Part shown: positions 33,653-43,892 of the stretch, in pieces
Position numbering within the stretch: the first letter of the stretch is position 1
Layout: every line of letters begins with the position of its first letter
Assembly (NCBI GenBank): GCA_965238075.1
Contig: OZ250173.1
Span: 2,880,001-2,944,000, forward strand
Source: Candidatus Entotheonellaceae bacterium
GTDB lineage: Bacteria > Tectomicrobia > Entotheonellia > Entotheonellales > Entotheonellaceae
Length of the DNA stretch: 64,000 nucleotides
Direction of reading: 5' to 3'
Made by a program: the position numbers and the translations under genes
The notes under the pieces: generated by a model
The model's database searches: none
Told to the model about the DNA's origin: nothing
Seen by the model: only the letters and a program-made list of their open reading frames with translations

Positions 33653-33767
33653 CTGAGGTCGGTGGCTGCTGACGCAAGTCAGTCAGGAGCAACGCAAGCA
33701 AAGTGCAACATTTGGTTGATTAACGCGTCTAGTTAGAGATCAGAGGCACCACTATGAGGGTAGCGCG

Positions 33768-33974
33768 GTGAAAGCATCGGTTTTGCGTGAGCTTACCGAA
33801 GACGAGCTGGACCAGAAATACAAAGAGTTGACCGAAGAACTATTTAATCTTCGCTTTCAACTGGCGACAAGCCAAATCGAAAATGTTGGCCGTATGCGGG
33901 TTGTACGGCGAGATATTGCTCGCATGAAGACCATTCAGCGTGAGCGCCAATTGGCCTCTGCAAAGCACGGTTAG
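33768..33974 (+). CDS. rpmC: 50S ribosomal protein L29
   Basis: [18 protein letters not shown]. Confidence 0.97.
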   Translation: MKASVLRELTEDELDQKYKELTEELFNLRFQLATSQIENVGRMRVVRRDIARMKTIQRERQLASAKHG

Positions 33975-33987
33975 AGGGACATCGGAA

Positions 33988-34287
33988 ATGGTAGCGCACA
34001 AGAGGAAAATCCTACTCGGAGAAGTGGTGAGTGACCGTATGCATAAAACCATCACGGTCGTGGTCGAGCGACGGGTTCGCCACCCAATATACGAACGAGT
34101 TATCAGGCGTAGTAAGAAATATCATGCTCACGATGAGCGGAATCAATGCCAGATAGGCGATGTGGTGCGGATTGTCGAAACGCGCCCACTTAGTCGGACG
34201 AAGCGTTGGCGTTTACAAGAAATCGTGCGTCGTCGTATAGACGCTACGTCGGCGTCGGCCACCGTGTCTGAGGGACAAGACGAGTGA
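33988..34287 (+). CDS. rpsQ: 30S ribosomal protein S17
   Basis: G.VVSD.M.KT, HAHDE.N, ETRPLS.TKRW. Confidence 0.97.
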   Translation: MVAHKRKILLGEVVSDRMHKTITVVVERRVRHPIYERVIRRSKKYHAHDERNQCQIGDVVRIVETRPLSRTKRWRLQEIVRRRIDATSASATVSEGQDE

Positions 34288-34652
34288 TACAGAAAGAGAC
34301 GGTTCTCAATGTGGCCGATAATTCCGGCGCTCGTAAGGTGAAGTGTTTCCATGTGCTTGGGGGGACAAGGAGACGCTACGCGCATGTGGGAGATGTGGTT
34401 GTCGTTTCTGTGAAGGAGGCCCTACCCAATGCCGCCGTCAGGAAGGGCGATGTGCGCCGGGCAGTTGTAGTCCGCACAAGGAAAGAGATTCGCAGAATTG
34501 ATGGTACCTACATCCGTTTTGACGACAATGCGGCAGTGATCATAAATGATGCGGGAGAACCTATTGGGACGCGCATTTTTGGACCTGTGCCGCGTGAGTT
34601 GCGTGCTAAAGGCTATATGAAAATCATCTCTTTGGCGCCGGAAGTGCTTTGA
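34284..34652 (+). CDS. rplN: 50S ribosomal protein L14
   Basis: VADNSGA, FDDNAAV, SLAPEVL. Confidence 0.99.
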   Translation: MIQKETVLNVADNSGARKVKCFHVLGGTRRRYAHVGDVVVVSVKEALPNAAVRKGDVRRAVVVRTRKEIRRIDGTYIRFDDNAAVIINDAGEPIGTRIFGPVPRELRAKGYMKIISLAPEVL

Positions 34653-34674
34653 TGGCATAGTGAAGGAGCAGTGT

Positions 34675-35025
34675 ATGGCGCGGGCAGGACATGTTGCTTC
34701 CCAGGGGCGGGGGCATGTCAGGAAAGACGATATCGTTAAAGTGATCGCCGGCAAAGACCGCGGTAAACAGGGCAAAGTTTTGCGGGTCTTTCCCAAGGAA
34801 GGGCGTTTGACTGTAGAGCGTGTGAACATGATAAAGCGCCATACTCGCCCAACTCGACAGACGCAGCAAGGTGGCATTATTGAACGCGAGGGGAAACTAC
34901 ACATTTCCAACGTGATGCTTGTATGTAGCCGATGCAGTCGCGGCGTCCGAGTCGGTCGCCGGTTCCTTGAGGACGGCAATAAGGTGCGTATTTGCCGTGC
35001 GTGTAGCGAGGTTCTTGACAAGTAG
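34675..35025 (+). CDS. rplX: 50S ribosomal protein L24
   Basis: VIAGKDRGKQGKV, HISNVM. Confidence 0.97.
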   Translation: MARAGHVASQGRGHVRKDDIVKVIAGKDRGKQGKVLRVFPKEGRLTVERVNMIKRHTRPTRQTQQGGIIEREGKLHISNVMLVCSRCSRGVRVGRRFLEDGNKVRICRACSEVLDK

Positions 35026-35052
35026 CGAAATCAGGAAGTGAGGTCGTAAAGT

Positions 35053-35601
35053 ATGGCCTATGTGTCGCGAATACATCAGTACTATCTTGGTGAAGTCGTG
35101 CCTGCGTTACAGCAACGGTTTGGCTACGGCAATGTCATGGAAGTTCCAAGGCTTAATAAAATTGTGTTGAACATGGGGCTTGGAGAGGCAATTCAAAATG
35201 CAAAGCTGCTGGACGGCGGAATGGAGCAGCTTGCTACCATCTCAGGTCAAAAACCAATTATCACCAAGGCACGGAAATCGATCGCCGTATACAAGTTGCG
35301 CGAGGGTATGTCCATAGGCGTGAAAGTAACCCTGCGGCGAGACCGAATGTATGATTTTTTTGATCGCTTGGTCAATGTCGCGCTACCCCGTGTGCGCGAC
35401 TTTCGGGGCGTTACCGCCAATGCTTTTGATGGTCGTGGTAACTTCACGCTGGGAGTCGAGGAGCAAGTAATTTTCCCGGAGATTGACTACGATAAGATCG
35501 AGAAGATCAAAGGCTTCGCCGTTACAATAGTTAGCTCGGCTCGGACCGATGCGGAGGGTCGTGAGCTTCTTCGATTACTCGGGATGCCCTTCCGAACTTA
35601 A
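35053..35601 (+). CDS. rplE: 50S ribosomal protein L5
   Basis: [24 protein letters not shown]. Confidence 0.99.
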   Translation: MAYVSRIHQYYLGEVVPALQQRFGYGNVMEVPRLNKIVLNMGLGEAIQNAKLLDGGMEQLATISGQKPIITKARKSIAVYKLREGMSIGVKVTLRRDRMYDFFDRLVNVALPRVRDFRGVTANAFDGRGNFTLGVEEQVIFPEIDYDKIEKIKGFAVTIVSSARTDAEGRELLRLLGMPFRT

Positions 35602-35631
35602 AGGGTCTGGCATCAGGAACGAGAGGTAGGC

Positions 35632-35817
35632 ATGGCCAAGAAAGCATTGATTAACAAAGCAAACAGGACACCGAAGTTCAAAGTGCGAAAATACTCACGT
35701 TGTCGTCTGTGTGGAAGGTCCCGTGGTTACTTGCGCAAGTTTGCCTTATGCCGGATTCATTTTCGTGATCTGGCCTTGCGGGGTGAGATTCCCGGCGTTG
35801 TAAAGTCTAGTTGGTAA
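35632..35817 (+). CDS. rpsN: 30S ribosomal protein S14 (short zinc type)
   Basis: 61 aa, CRLC...CRIH, GEIPGV.KSSW. Confidence 0.97.
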   Translation: MAKKALINKANRTPKFKVRKYSRCRLCGRSRGYLRKFALCRIHFRDLALRGEIPGVVKSSW

Positions 35818-35856
35818 TGTGTTCCTTCAAGCTGATTGGTTGGAGTGGCCTGTCAT

Positions 35857-36255
35857 ATGATGACTGATCCTATTGCTGACATGCTGACGCGGATGCGCAA
35901 TGCCATAGCGGTGCAGCACGAACGGGTTCCTATGCCTTCATCCCGAATGAAGTTGGCGATCGCACAGCTTCTGAAACAGGAAGGTTATATCCAAGATTTC
36001 AACATGCAGAAGGAGTCGCGTCCGCAGGGTCTTTTGGAGATTGTGCTCAAGTACGATTCGACGAGCAGAAGTGTTATTCGTGGTTTACGAAAAATGAGTA
36101 CACCAGGAAAACGTCGTTATGTTTCGTGCAAGGCAATGCCAAGGGTCTTGGAGGGCTTAGGTATTGCCATTGTTTCAACATCTCGAGGGCTTTTGACTGA
36201 CCGGCAGTGCATTGCGGAAAATGTGGGCGGAGAAGTTGTTTGCTTCGTTTGGTAG
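35857..36255 (+). CDS. rpsH: 30S ribosomal protein S8
   Basis: MTDPIADMLTR.RNA, STSRG, GGEV. Confidence 0.98.
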   Translation: MMTDPIADMLTRMRNAIAVQHERVPMPSSRMKLAIAQLLKQEGYIQDFNMQKESRPQGLLEIVLKYDSTSRSVIRGLRKMSTPGKRRYVSCKAMPRVLEGLGIAIVSTSRGLLTDRQCIAENVGGEVVCFVW

Positions 36256-36276
36256 TGGATCGAAGGGGTTGATACG

Positions 36277-36807
36277 ATGTCACGGATTGGCCGGATGCCC
36301 GTAGTTATTCCTACAGACGTAGATGTGCGGCTTGGTGAAGACAATTTTGTGGAGGTCAAGGGGCCTAGGGGAACCTTAGCCCGTACGCTGCATCCACGCG
36401 TTGTGTTGCGGCAGGAGGGTAATCAAATCACGGTGTTGCGGCAAAGTGATGCCAAATTGGATAAGTCCCTTCACGGTCTTAGTCGAACATTGTTGGACAA
36501 CATGATAGTAGGAGTGACAACCGGATATGAAAAACAACTGGAGATTGTTTGGGGTGGATTTCGGGCGCAGTTGCAAAATCGCACTCTGACATTGCAATTG
36601 GGGCATTCCCACCCGATTATCTATGACGCGCCTGAAGGTGTCGAATTTGAGTTGAATCGGTCTCTTATTACAGTCCGGGGAATCAGCAAGGAATTGGTGG
36701 GGCAGACAGCAGCCAATATACGCGCTATACGAAAGCCGGAACCTTATAAGGGAAAGGGAATCAAATACACCACGGAGATTATCCGTCGCAAGGAGGGTAA
36801 GTCATAG
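36277..36807 (+). CDS. rplF: 50S ribosomal protein L6
   Basis: [14 protein letters not shown]. Confidence 0.98.
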   Translation: MSRIGRMPVVIPTDVDVRLGEDNFVEVKGPRGTLARTLHPRVVLRQEGNQITVLRQSDAKLDKSLHGLSRTLLDNMIVGVTTGYEKQLEIVWGGFRAQLQNRTLTLQLGHSHPIIYDAPEGVEFELNRSLITVRGISKELVGQTAANIRAIRKPEPYKGKGIKYTTEIIRRKEGKS

Positions 36808-36811
36808 CATC

Positions 36812-37180
36812 ATGGGTAATCCGGCAAATAGACTGCGCGCACGGGAGCGACGGAGAAGACGGGTACGGGTTAAAGTCCGAGGCACGCCACAAAGACCACG
36901 TCTTTCGGTGTTCCGAAGTGCAAAGCATGTTTACGCACAAATCATAGATGATGTATCAAATCGTGTTTTGGCTTCCGCGTCGAGCATGACTGGAGAGTTC
37001 CGCGCTACGGGTGTGAATGGTGGTAATGTTGCGGGAGCAACCCTTGTCGGTGAGCTGGTTGCAGGAAAGGCCAAAGAGAAGGGTATCCAGCGTGTCGTGT
37101 TTGACCGTAATGGTTTTCTCTATCATGGGCGTGTGAAGGCTGTGGCGACGGCAGCACGTGAGAACGGCTTGGAATTTTAG
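36812..37180 (+). CDS. rplR: 50S ribosomal protein L18
   Basis: [20 protein letters not shown]. Confidence 0.98.
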   Translation: MGNPANRLRARERRRRRVRVKVRGTPQRPRLSVFRSAKHVYAQIIDDVSNRVLASASSMTGEFRATGVNGGNVAGATLVGELVAGKAKEKGIQRVVFDRNGFLYHGRVKAVATAARENGLEF

Positions 37181-37217
37181 CCATCGTAAGTGCGAATATC
37201 AGGGCGAAGGAGAGTGG

Positions 37218-37721
37218 GTGGTCGAAACAGGTGCTGCACAAACCGAATACGTCGATAAAATTGTGCACGTGAATCGGGTGGCGAAGGTCGTAAAGGGCGG
37301 CAGGCGTTTCAGTTTCAGTGCCCTTGTAGTGGTAGGCAACCGTGCTGGCCGGGTTGGTGTTGGGCTTGGCAAAGCGAATGAGGTGCCAGAAGCCATTCGG
37401 AAAGCCGTAGACAAAGCCAAAAAGAATCTGTACGCCGTCCCGTTAGCCGACACAACCATCCCGCACAGCGTTTTGGGCCACTATGGAGCAGGTCGTGTGC
37501 TGCTCAAGCCTGCTGCTCGTGGCACCGGGATTACGGCGGGTGGTCCTGTTCGCGCTGTCCTGGAGGCTGTCGGGATAGGTGACATCCTGACCAAATCCCT
37601 CGGGACGAATAATCCCCACAACGTCGTTAAGGCCACGATGGAAGGACTGCTGCAGTTACGGAGCAGTCGCGAGATTGCCCGGGTGCGCAATATTAAACAT
37701 GAAGAGTTACGAGTTCGATAG
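37218..37721 (+). CDS. rpsE: 30S ribosomal protein S5
   Basis: [22 protein letters not shown]. Confidence 0.98.
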   Translation: MVETGAAQTEYVDKIVHVNRVAKVVKGGRRFSFSALVVVGNRAGRVGVGLGKANEVPEAIRKAVDKAKKNLYAVPLADTTIPHSVLGHYGAGRVLLKPAARGTGITAGGPVRAVLEAVGIGDILTKSLGTNNPHNVVKATMEGLLQLRSSREIARVRNIKHEELRVR

Positions 37722-37732
37722 AGGTCTTAACA

Positions 37733-37918
37733 ATGGCAAGCAGCAAGAAGATCGCAATACGGTTGACACGAAGTGCAATTGGACGGCCTGCGAAACAGCG
37801 GTGTGTGCTGCGCGGGATGGGATTAACCAAGTTGCACAAGGTGGTTGAATTGCCGGACACGCCTCAGACTCAAGGCATGATCGATAAAGTGAGGCATTTG
37901 GTTCGCATTGAGTCATAA
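37733..37918 (+). CDS. rpmD: 50S ribosomal protein L30
   Basis: RS.IGR, GL.K, GMI.KV.HLV. Confidence 0.95.
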   Translation: MASSKKIAIRLTRSAIGRPAKQRCVLRGMGLTKLHKVVELPDTPQTQGMIDKVRHLVRIES

Positions 37919-37948
37919 GAGCACGACACGAGCCTTCTCGGAGACAAT

Positions 37949-38398
37949 ATGGCAACACTCAGTTCTCTTCATCCTTCGGTCGGTGCCCGTAGGGCGCCTA
38001 AGCGTGTAGGCCGTGGTCCTGGTTCGGGTCACGGCAAGACGGCTTCGCGTGGGCACAAAGGGCTGAACGCGCGTTCTGGAGGTGGCCGTGGCCCCGGATT
38101 CGAAGGTGGCCAAATGCCTTTACAGAGACGCCTCCCAAAACGGGGTTTCACCAATATCTTTAAGGTTGAATATCAGATTGTTAATGTGGGCGATCTGAAT
38201 TCCTTTGAGAGCCAGACTGTGGTAACGCCTTCAGTGCTGCAAGAAGCTGGGAAGATCAGATCCCTAAGGAAACCGGTTAAGATATTGGGAGAAGGTGATC
38301 TAGCTGTTTCTTTGACCATAAAGGCGGATAAACTCAGTCAAACTGCCAAGCAAAAAATTGTAGATGCCGGTGGGAATGTGGAGGAGGGGCCTGCGTGA
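37949..38398 (+). CDS. rplO: 50S ribosomal protein L15
   Basis: GRGPGSGHGKT, FEGGQMPL.RRLPKRGF. Confidence 0.98.
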   Translation: MATLSSLHPSVGARRAPKRVGRGPGSGHGKTASRGHKGLNARSGGGRGPGFEGGQMPLQRRLPKRGFTNIFKVEYQIVNVGDLNSFESQTVVTPSVLQEAGKIRSLRKPVKILGEGDLAVSLTIKADKLSQTAKQKIVDAGGNVEEGPA

Positions 38399-39711
38399 TC
38401 GACGGGGTTCAAAACGTATTCAAGATTCCAGAATTGAGAAGACGAATCCTCTACACCTTTGCGTTGTTGGCGGTTTATCGTGTGGGAGCCTTCATTCCAA
38501 CGCCAGGTATTGACGGCCAGGCTTTGACTCGGTATTTCGAAAGCGTGCAAGGTACCATCCTGGGATTCTTTAACATGTTTTCAGGTGGCGCCTTGCGACA
38601 GATGGCAGTGTTCGCACTAGGCATTATGCCATACATTAGTGCATCCATTATTCTTGAATTGCTTACTGTTGTTGTACCTCACCTTGAAAGACTGAAGAAA
38701 GAGGGTGAGCAAGGACGAAAGAAGATCAGTCAATATACCCGCTATGGTACTGTGGTACTTAGTTTGGTTCAAGGCTTGGGTATTTCCATTGGCCTTGAAA
38801 ATATGGAAATGGGCGGGGCATCAGTCGTACCGGTTTCTGGCTGGGGATTTAGGGTGATGACGATGCTCACGTTGACTGCGGGTACGACATTCCTTATGTG
38901 GTTAGGGGAGCAGATTACAGAGCGTGGCATTGGTAATGGCATATCGCTTCTGATTTTTGCCGGGATCGTTTCTGGGATGCCATCCGCCGCAGGTTCTACT
39001 TGGACGCAATTGCGTTTGGGAGAGATGAGTCCTTTTCTCTTTCTTCTTCTCGTAGCCGTGATGGTTATCGTAGTGGCTGCAATCGTTTTTATGGAAGCTG
39101 GCCATCGGAAGATCCCAATTCAATACGCGAAGCGTGTGGTTGGACGGCGTATGTATGGTGGGCAGAATACCCATTTGCCACTGAAGATTAACACTTCGGG
39201 TGTCATCCCGCCGATTTTTGCCTCTTCTATCATGGTTTTCCCTGCGACCATTGCCCAGTTCGCCGGCGGTCAGAACGCCGGTGGCATATTGGACAACATT
39301 GTTCAACAACTGTCGCCGGGAACCCTGCTTTACTCTGTCTTGACCGTAGTTTTGATCATCTTTTTCGCCTATTTTTATACAGCCATCATTTTTAACCCTG
39401 TTGATGTCGCCGACAACATGCGGAAATATGGAGGGTACGTGCCGGGTATCCGTCCAGGCAGGAGGACAGCGGAGTTTATTGACCGTACGTTATCGCGCCT
39501 AACCCTGGCGGGCGCGCTTTACTTGTCTTGCATCGTTATTCTTCCCACTTACTTAGTGTTATTTCTTCAAGTGCCCTTTTTTTTCGGCGGCACAGGGCTC
39601 CTCATCGTGGTTGGTGTAGCTATGGACACAATGCAGCAAGTGGAATCCCATTTGGTCATGCGCCACTACGATACATTCATGAAAAAAGGGCGGCTGAAAG
39701 GCCGCCGGTAG
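38395..39711 (+). CDS. secY: Preprotein translocase subunit SecY
   Basis: LGIMPYISASII, GIGNGISL, PGIRPG. Confidence 0.99.
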   Translation: MIDGVQNVFKIPELRRRILYTFALLAVYRVGAFIPTPGIDGQALTRYFESVQGTILGFFNMFSGGALRQMAVFALGIMPYISASIILELLTVVVPHLERLKKEGEQGRKKISQYTRYGTVVLSLVQGLGISIGLENMEMGGASVVPVSGWGFRVMTMLTLTAGTTFLMWLGEQITERGIGNGISLLIFAGIVSGMPSAAGSTWTQLRLGEMSPFLFLLLVAVMVIVVAAIVFMEAGHRKIPIQYAKRVVGRRMYGGQNTHLPLKINTSGVIPPIFASSIMVFPATIAQFAGGQNAGGILDNIVQQLSPGTLLYSVLTVVLIIFFAYFYTAIIFNPVDVADNMRKYGGYVPGIRPGRRTAEFIDRTLSRLTLAGALYLSCIVILPTYLVLFLQVPFFFGGTGLLIVVGVAMDTMQQVESHLVMRHYDTFMKKGRLKGRR

Positions 39712-39745
39712 AATCGTATAACAACAAACAGCGCTGTAACGGATC

Positions 39746-40495
39746 ATGATTACCTATCGGTCGCCACGCGAAATTGAAAGGATTAGGGAAAGTTGCCAGT
39801 TAGTAGCAGAGACACTGCAACGCTTGCAGCCAATGATTGAGCCTGGGAGAACCACGGACGAGCTTGATCGTACTGCCGAGGCTTTCATTCGTAAACAGGG
39901 AGGCCTCTCGGCATTTAAGGGTTATCGAGGATTTCCTGCAACATTGTGCACCTCCATCAACTCCGAGGTTGTACATGGCATTCCATCTAAGAAACGGAAA
40001 CTGAGAGAGGGCGATATCATCGGAGTCGACTGCGGTGCAATTGTCGATGGCTATTATGGAGACCACGCCATCACTTTCCCTGTTGGCACTATCGATCAGG
40101 ACTTGCAGTCCCTTATCGAGGACACCCGCGGTGCTCTGAATGCAGGAATTACTCAAGCCCGAATCGGCAATTACCTGTCCGATATTTCGCACACAATTCA
40201 AACTTTCGCTGAACAGCGAGGTTATGGGGTCGTAAAGGATTTTGTTGGACACGGTATTGGCACGGAGTTGCACGAAGAACCACAGGTTCCCAACTTTGGC
40301 CCACCGAGGCGTGGGCCACGCTTACGTGAAGGCATGGTGTTGGCACTGGAACCCATGTTGAATCTGGGTACTTGTGACGTGCATATTCTGAAGGATAATT
40401 GGACTGTCATTACCGACGACGGCAAGCCGTCGGCTCATTTTGAGCACACCATTACGGTAGCTGAAGGGGGCGGCATCATCCTCAGTCAGCTTTGA
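39746..40495 (+). CDS. map: Type I methionine aminopeptidase
   Basis: VVHGIP, GHGIG..LHEEP, EPM, SAHFEHT. Confidence 0.97.
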   Translation: MITYRSPREIERIRESCQLVAETLQRLQPMIEPGRTTDELDRTAEAFIRKQGGLSAFKGYRGFPATLCTSINSEVVHGIPSKKRKLREGDIIGVDCGAIVDGYYGDHAITFPVGTIDQDLQSLIEDTRGALNAGITQARIGNYLSDISHTIQTFAEQRGYGVVKDFVGHGIGTELHEEPQVPNFGPPRRGPRLREGMVLALEPMLNLGTCDVHILKDNWTVITDDGKPSAHFEHTITVAEGGGIILSQL

Positions 40496-40526
40496 CAAGC
40501 GACACTATTGCGGCACATTGGAGATT

Positions 40527-40745
40527 ATGGAAAAGGAAGAAATTATAGCTGTTGAAGGCACGGTGGTCGAGCCTTTACCTAATGCTATGTTTAAGGTAGA
40601 GCTTGAGAACAAGCATGTAGTCTTGGCACATATTTCGGGCCGGATGCGGATGCATTTCATCCGTATTCTTCCTGGAGATAAGGTGAAATTGGAATTGTCA
40701 CCCTATGACCTGACTCGGGGGCGAATTGTTTATCGCTTCAAGTGA
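40527..40745 (+). CDS. infA: Translation initiation factor IF-1
   Basis: [17 protein letters not shown]. Confidence 0.98.
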   Translation: MEKEEIIAVEGTVVEPLPNAMFKVELENKHVVLAHISGRMRMHFIRILPGDKVKLELSPYDLTRGRIVYRFK

Positions 40746-40804
40746 TGTCGCGTCGCGATGGTGTGAGTAAAACTCAAAGAGACGTTGAGTGCGAGGGTAA
40801 CAAC

Positions 40805-40918
40805 ATGAAAGTTCGTGCTTCGGTGAAGCCGATCTGTGCGAAGTGCAAGGTCGTCCGTCGTAAGGGTATTGTGCGGATTCTTTGCGAAAACTCGCGCCAT
40901 AAGCAACGGCAGGGCTAA
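40805..40918 (+). CDS. rpmJ: 50S ribosomal protein L36 (absent from the ORF track)
   Basis: Manual translation [37 protein letters not shown]. Confidence 0.97.
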   Translation: MKVRASVKPICAKCKVVRRKGIVRILCENSRHKQRQG

Positions 40919-40937
40919 ACAGGAAAGGGAACAGAAG

Positions 40938-41309
40938 ATGGCTCGTATAGCTGGAGCTGACATTCCAAACGAAAAACGAGTCGAAGTCGCTTTGACATAC
41001 ATCTACGGCATTGGTCCTACTTCTGCGAAGAAGATATTGCAAGCTACGGCGGTTGATCCCGACACACGCGTGAAGGCACTGACCGAGAGTGATATTACCC
41101 GACTCCGTGAGGTGATCGAGGAGCAATACTCCGTAGAAGGCGACTTGCGTCGGGAAGTGGCAATGAATATCAAGCGACTCATGGACGTGGGAGCTTATCG
41201 TGGCTTGAGACATCGTCGTGGATTGCCGGTCCGAGGCCAACGGACCCGGACCAACTCTCGCACACGTAAGGGCCCACGGCGTATGATTGGTCGCAAGGGC
41301 AAGAAATAG
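40938..41309 (+). CDS. rpsM: 30S ribosomal protein S13
   Basis: [17 protein letters not shown]. Confidence 0.98.
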   Translation: MARIAGADIPNEKRVEVALTYIYGIGPTSAKKILQATAVDPDTRVKALTESDITRLREVIEEQYSVEGDLRREVAMNIKRLMDVGAYRGLRHRRGLPVRGQRTRTNSRTRKGPRRMIGRKGKK

Positions 41310-41318
41310 AGGGCATAC

Positions 41319-41714
41319 ATGGCAGAGTCAAGGCGTAAAGAGGGGAAACGTCGCCGTGAACGGCGTACGGTTGCAGAAGGTGTGGTGCACGTTAAATCGA
41401 CCTTCAACAACACGATTATTACCATAACCGACGGCGGGGGCAACGCGTTGGCTTGGGCCAGTGCGGGAGGACAGGGTTTCCGAGGCTCGCGTAAGAGCAC
41501 ACCTTTTGCGGCCCAAACTGCCGCCGAGCAAGTCGCTCGCAAGGTGATTGATCAAGGCATGAGAAAAGTGGATGTATTGGTTAAAGGACCTGGTTCGGGA
41601 CGCGAGGCTGCTATTCGTGCATTGCAAGCAGCCGGTCTTGAGGTAAGTGTTATTCGCGATGTAACGCCGATACCGCACAATGGCCCGCGCCCACCGAAAA
41701 AACGGCGCGTTTAG
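41319..41714 (+). CDS. rpsK: 30S ribosomal protein S11
   Basis: [15 protein letters not shown]. Confidence 0.98.
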   Translation: MAESRRKEGKRRRERRTVAEGVVHVKSTFNNTIITITDGGGNALAWASAGGQGFRGSRKSTPFAAQTAAEQVARKVIDQGMRKVDVLVKGPGSGREAAIRALQAAGLEVSVIRDVTPIPHNGPRPPKKRRV

Positions 41715-41737
41715 AGAAGAGGGAGGTTAGAACAAGC

Positions 41738-42364
41738 GTGGCAAGATACACGGATGCTGTCTGCCGATTGTGTCGTCGGGAAAACATGAAACTTTATCTC
41801 AAAGGCGATCGCTGTTTGAGCGATAAATGCGCCATTAACCGGCGCAACTACGTTCCAGGTCAGCATGGACAGAGGCGGACAAAACTTTCGGAATACGGCT
41901 TGCAATTGCGTGAAAAGCAAAAGGTCAAACGGACGTATGGCGTATTGGAATCTCAGTTCAGACGTTATTTTGCACGGGCATCACGTTCGAAGGAAGTAAC
42001 GGGTTCGGAGCTTTTGGTACTTTTGGAACGTCGATTGGATAATGTCCTCTATGTCATGGGCTTTGCTGAGTCTCGCGCCCAAGCACGGCAGCTTGTTCGC
42101 CACGGCCATTTCCGCGTCAACGGCCGTAAAACAAACATCCCGTCGTTTCTTGTCAAACAGGGTGACGTTATAGAACCTCGAGAAAAGAGTCGTGAAATAG
42201 AAGTGCTCCGTAGCGGCATGCAGCGTCACGACCAAAGACAAATTCCTGAATGGGTTCATGTCGATACGGAGAACATGCGTGGTGTGGTGCAGGCGCTGCC
42301 GAAACGAGACGACATCACGCTGTCATTCCAAGAACAGCTTGTAGTTGAACTCTACTCGAAATAA
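41738..42364 (+). CDS. rpsD: 30S ribosomal protein S4
   Basis: LERRLDN, ARQLV.HGH, VELYSK. Confidence 0.98.
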   Translation: MARYTDAVCRLCRRENMKLYLKGDRCLSDKCAINRRNYVPGQHGQRRTKLSEYGLQLREKQKVKRTYGVLESQFRRYFARASRSKEVTGSELLVLLERRLDNVLYVMGFAESRAQARQLVRHGHFRVNGRKTNIPSFLVKQGDVIEPREKSREIEVLRSGMQRHDQRQIPEWVHVDTENMRGVVQALPKRDDITLSFQEQLVVELYSK

Positions 42365-42460
42365 AGGGCTGACCTACCAACAATGTCCTCGTGCAGTCGT
42401 ACTCGCCCCGTGTCTTTTTAACACAACAAGTTTCGGGAAACGTAGAAGGAGCGTTGTAGC

Positions 42461-43450
42461 ATGGAGACAACGTCGATTGGCTTTCAAAAACCCAAGCGTA
42501 TCGAAAGCGATCGAGATTCGCTGACCAATACATACGGGCGTTTCACGGCCGAGCCACTTGAACGTGGTTTTGGTGTGACGATTGGTAACGCTCTGCGCCG
42601 TGTGCTGCTCTCCTCTTTGACGGGAGCTGCAGTGACCGCCCTAAAAATCCAGGGTGTGTACCACGAATTTTCGACAATCCCGGGCGTCTTGGAAGACACT
42701 ACGGAAATTATTCTCAACATTAAAGAATTGCTCTTGAAGATGCATGTGGACAAGCCAAAGCAACTCTTGCTACGAGCTACCGGGCCAGGCGAGGTGCTAG
42801 CCAGTCAAGTCGTCACGGATGCGGATGTCGAAATTCTGAACCCTGATCTTCATATCGCCACTTTGAATAAAGATGCGACATTGGAAATCGCCATGGATGT
42901 TCAGAGGGGGCGAGGATATGTCCCCGCCGAGAGGCACGCCGCATCAATCGTCGATCCACAAGTCATCCCCGTGGACGCGGTTTTTTCCCCTGTCCGCCGA
43001 GTAGGTCTGCACGTTGAAAAAACACGCGTTGGCTACGCAACCGATTATGATCGGCTGATATTCGAAATCCGCACAAACGGGAGCATTCACCCGGAGGATG
43101 CCATTGCGCAAGCTGCCGCCATCCTTGAGGATCATTTGAAAATCTTCGTTAACTTTCGGGAAGACCCTGTCCAGGACGCCCCGGAAGTGGATGAGGTGCG
43201 GCAGAAGTTGATTGAGAACCTCAGCCGTAGTGTTGATGAATTGGAGTTGTCGGTTCGTTCCTACAACTGTCTGAAGAATGCCAATATCAAGACCATCGGC
43301 GAACTCGTGCAACGAAATGAGCCGGAGATGCTGAAGACCCGAAATTTTGGTCGCAAATCTCTTAACGAAATCAAGGAGATCTTGACCAGCATGGGCTTGG
43401 GCCTCGGCATGAGTCTGGATGGAGTGGATTGGCAAGGGAAGACAAACTGA
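42461..43450 (+). CDS. rpoA: RNA polymerase alpha subunit
   Basis: [26 protein letters not shown]. Confidence 0.99.
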   Translation: METTSIGFQKPKRIESDRDSLTNTYGRFTAEPLERGFGVTIGNALRRVLLSSLTGAAVTALKIQGVYHEFSTIPGVLEDTTEIILNIKELLLKMHVDKPKQLLLRATGPGEVLASQVVTDADVEILNPDLHIATLNKDATLEIAMDVQRGRGYVPAERHAASIVDPQVIPVDAVFSPVRRVGLHVEKTRVGYATDYDRLIFEIRTNGSIHPEDAIAQAAAILEDHLKIFVNFREDPVQDAPEVDEVRQKLIENLSRSVDELELSVRSYNCLKNANIKTIGELVQRNEPEMLKTRNFGRKSLNEIKEILTSMGLGLGMSLDGVDWQGKTN

Positions 43451-43478
43451 GTCGCTTCGCAAGGAAAGTGAGCAGATT

Positions 43479-43847
43479 ATGCGCCATCTGAAAAAAGGAA
43501 AAAGTCTGCACCGCCGGAGCAGCCATCGTAAGGCGCTGCTTTGTAATTTAGCGGTGGCGGTGCTCACTCACGAACGGATTCGTACAACCGAGGTGAAAGC
43601 CAAAGAGGTGCGTGGCTTGGTAGATCGGATCATTACGTGGGGCAAACGTGGCGACTTGCATGCCCGGCGTCTGGCGTTCAAAAGGGTCCGTAGTCGGACG
43701 GTTGTGAAAAAGGTGTTCGATGAATTAGGTCCTCGCTATCGACAACGGCCGGGTGGTTATACGCGCATCATGAAGGCCGGCCGGCGCCAGGGGGATAACG
43801 CACCGTTGGTATTGATGGAATTGGTGGATCGTCCTTCAGAATCGTAG
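43479..43847 (+). CDS. rplQ: 50S ribosomal protein L17
   Basis: MRH, I.TT..KAKE, R.GGYTRI, GDNA. Confidence 0.98.
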   Translation: MRHLKKGKSLHRRSSHRKALLCNLAVAVLTHERIRTTEVKAKEVRGLVDRIITWGKRGDLHARRLAFKRVRSRTVVKKVFDELGPRYRQRPGGYTRIMKAGRRQGDNAPLVLMELVDRPSES

Positions 43848-43860
43848 GCCCAATCGGATT

Positions 43861-43892
43861 CCGAAGGTCCTCGCTGCCGGCGAGGCCTTCGG
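43861..43892 (+). terminator. GC-rich hairpin after rplQ (end of the alpha operon)
   Basis: CCGAAGG-T-CCTCGC...GCGAGG-CCTTCGG; no clear U-tract. Confidence 0.5.
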
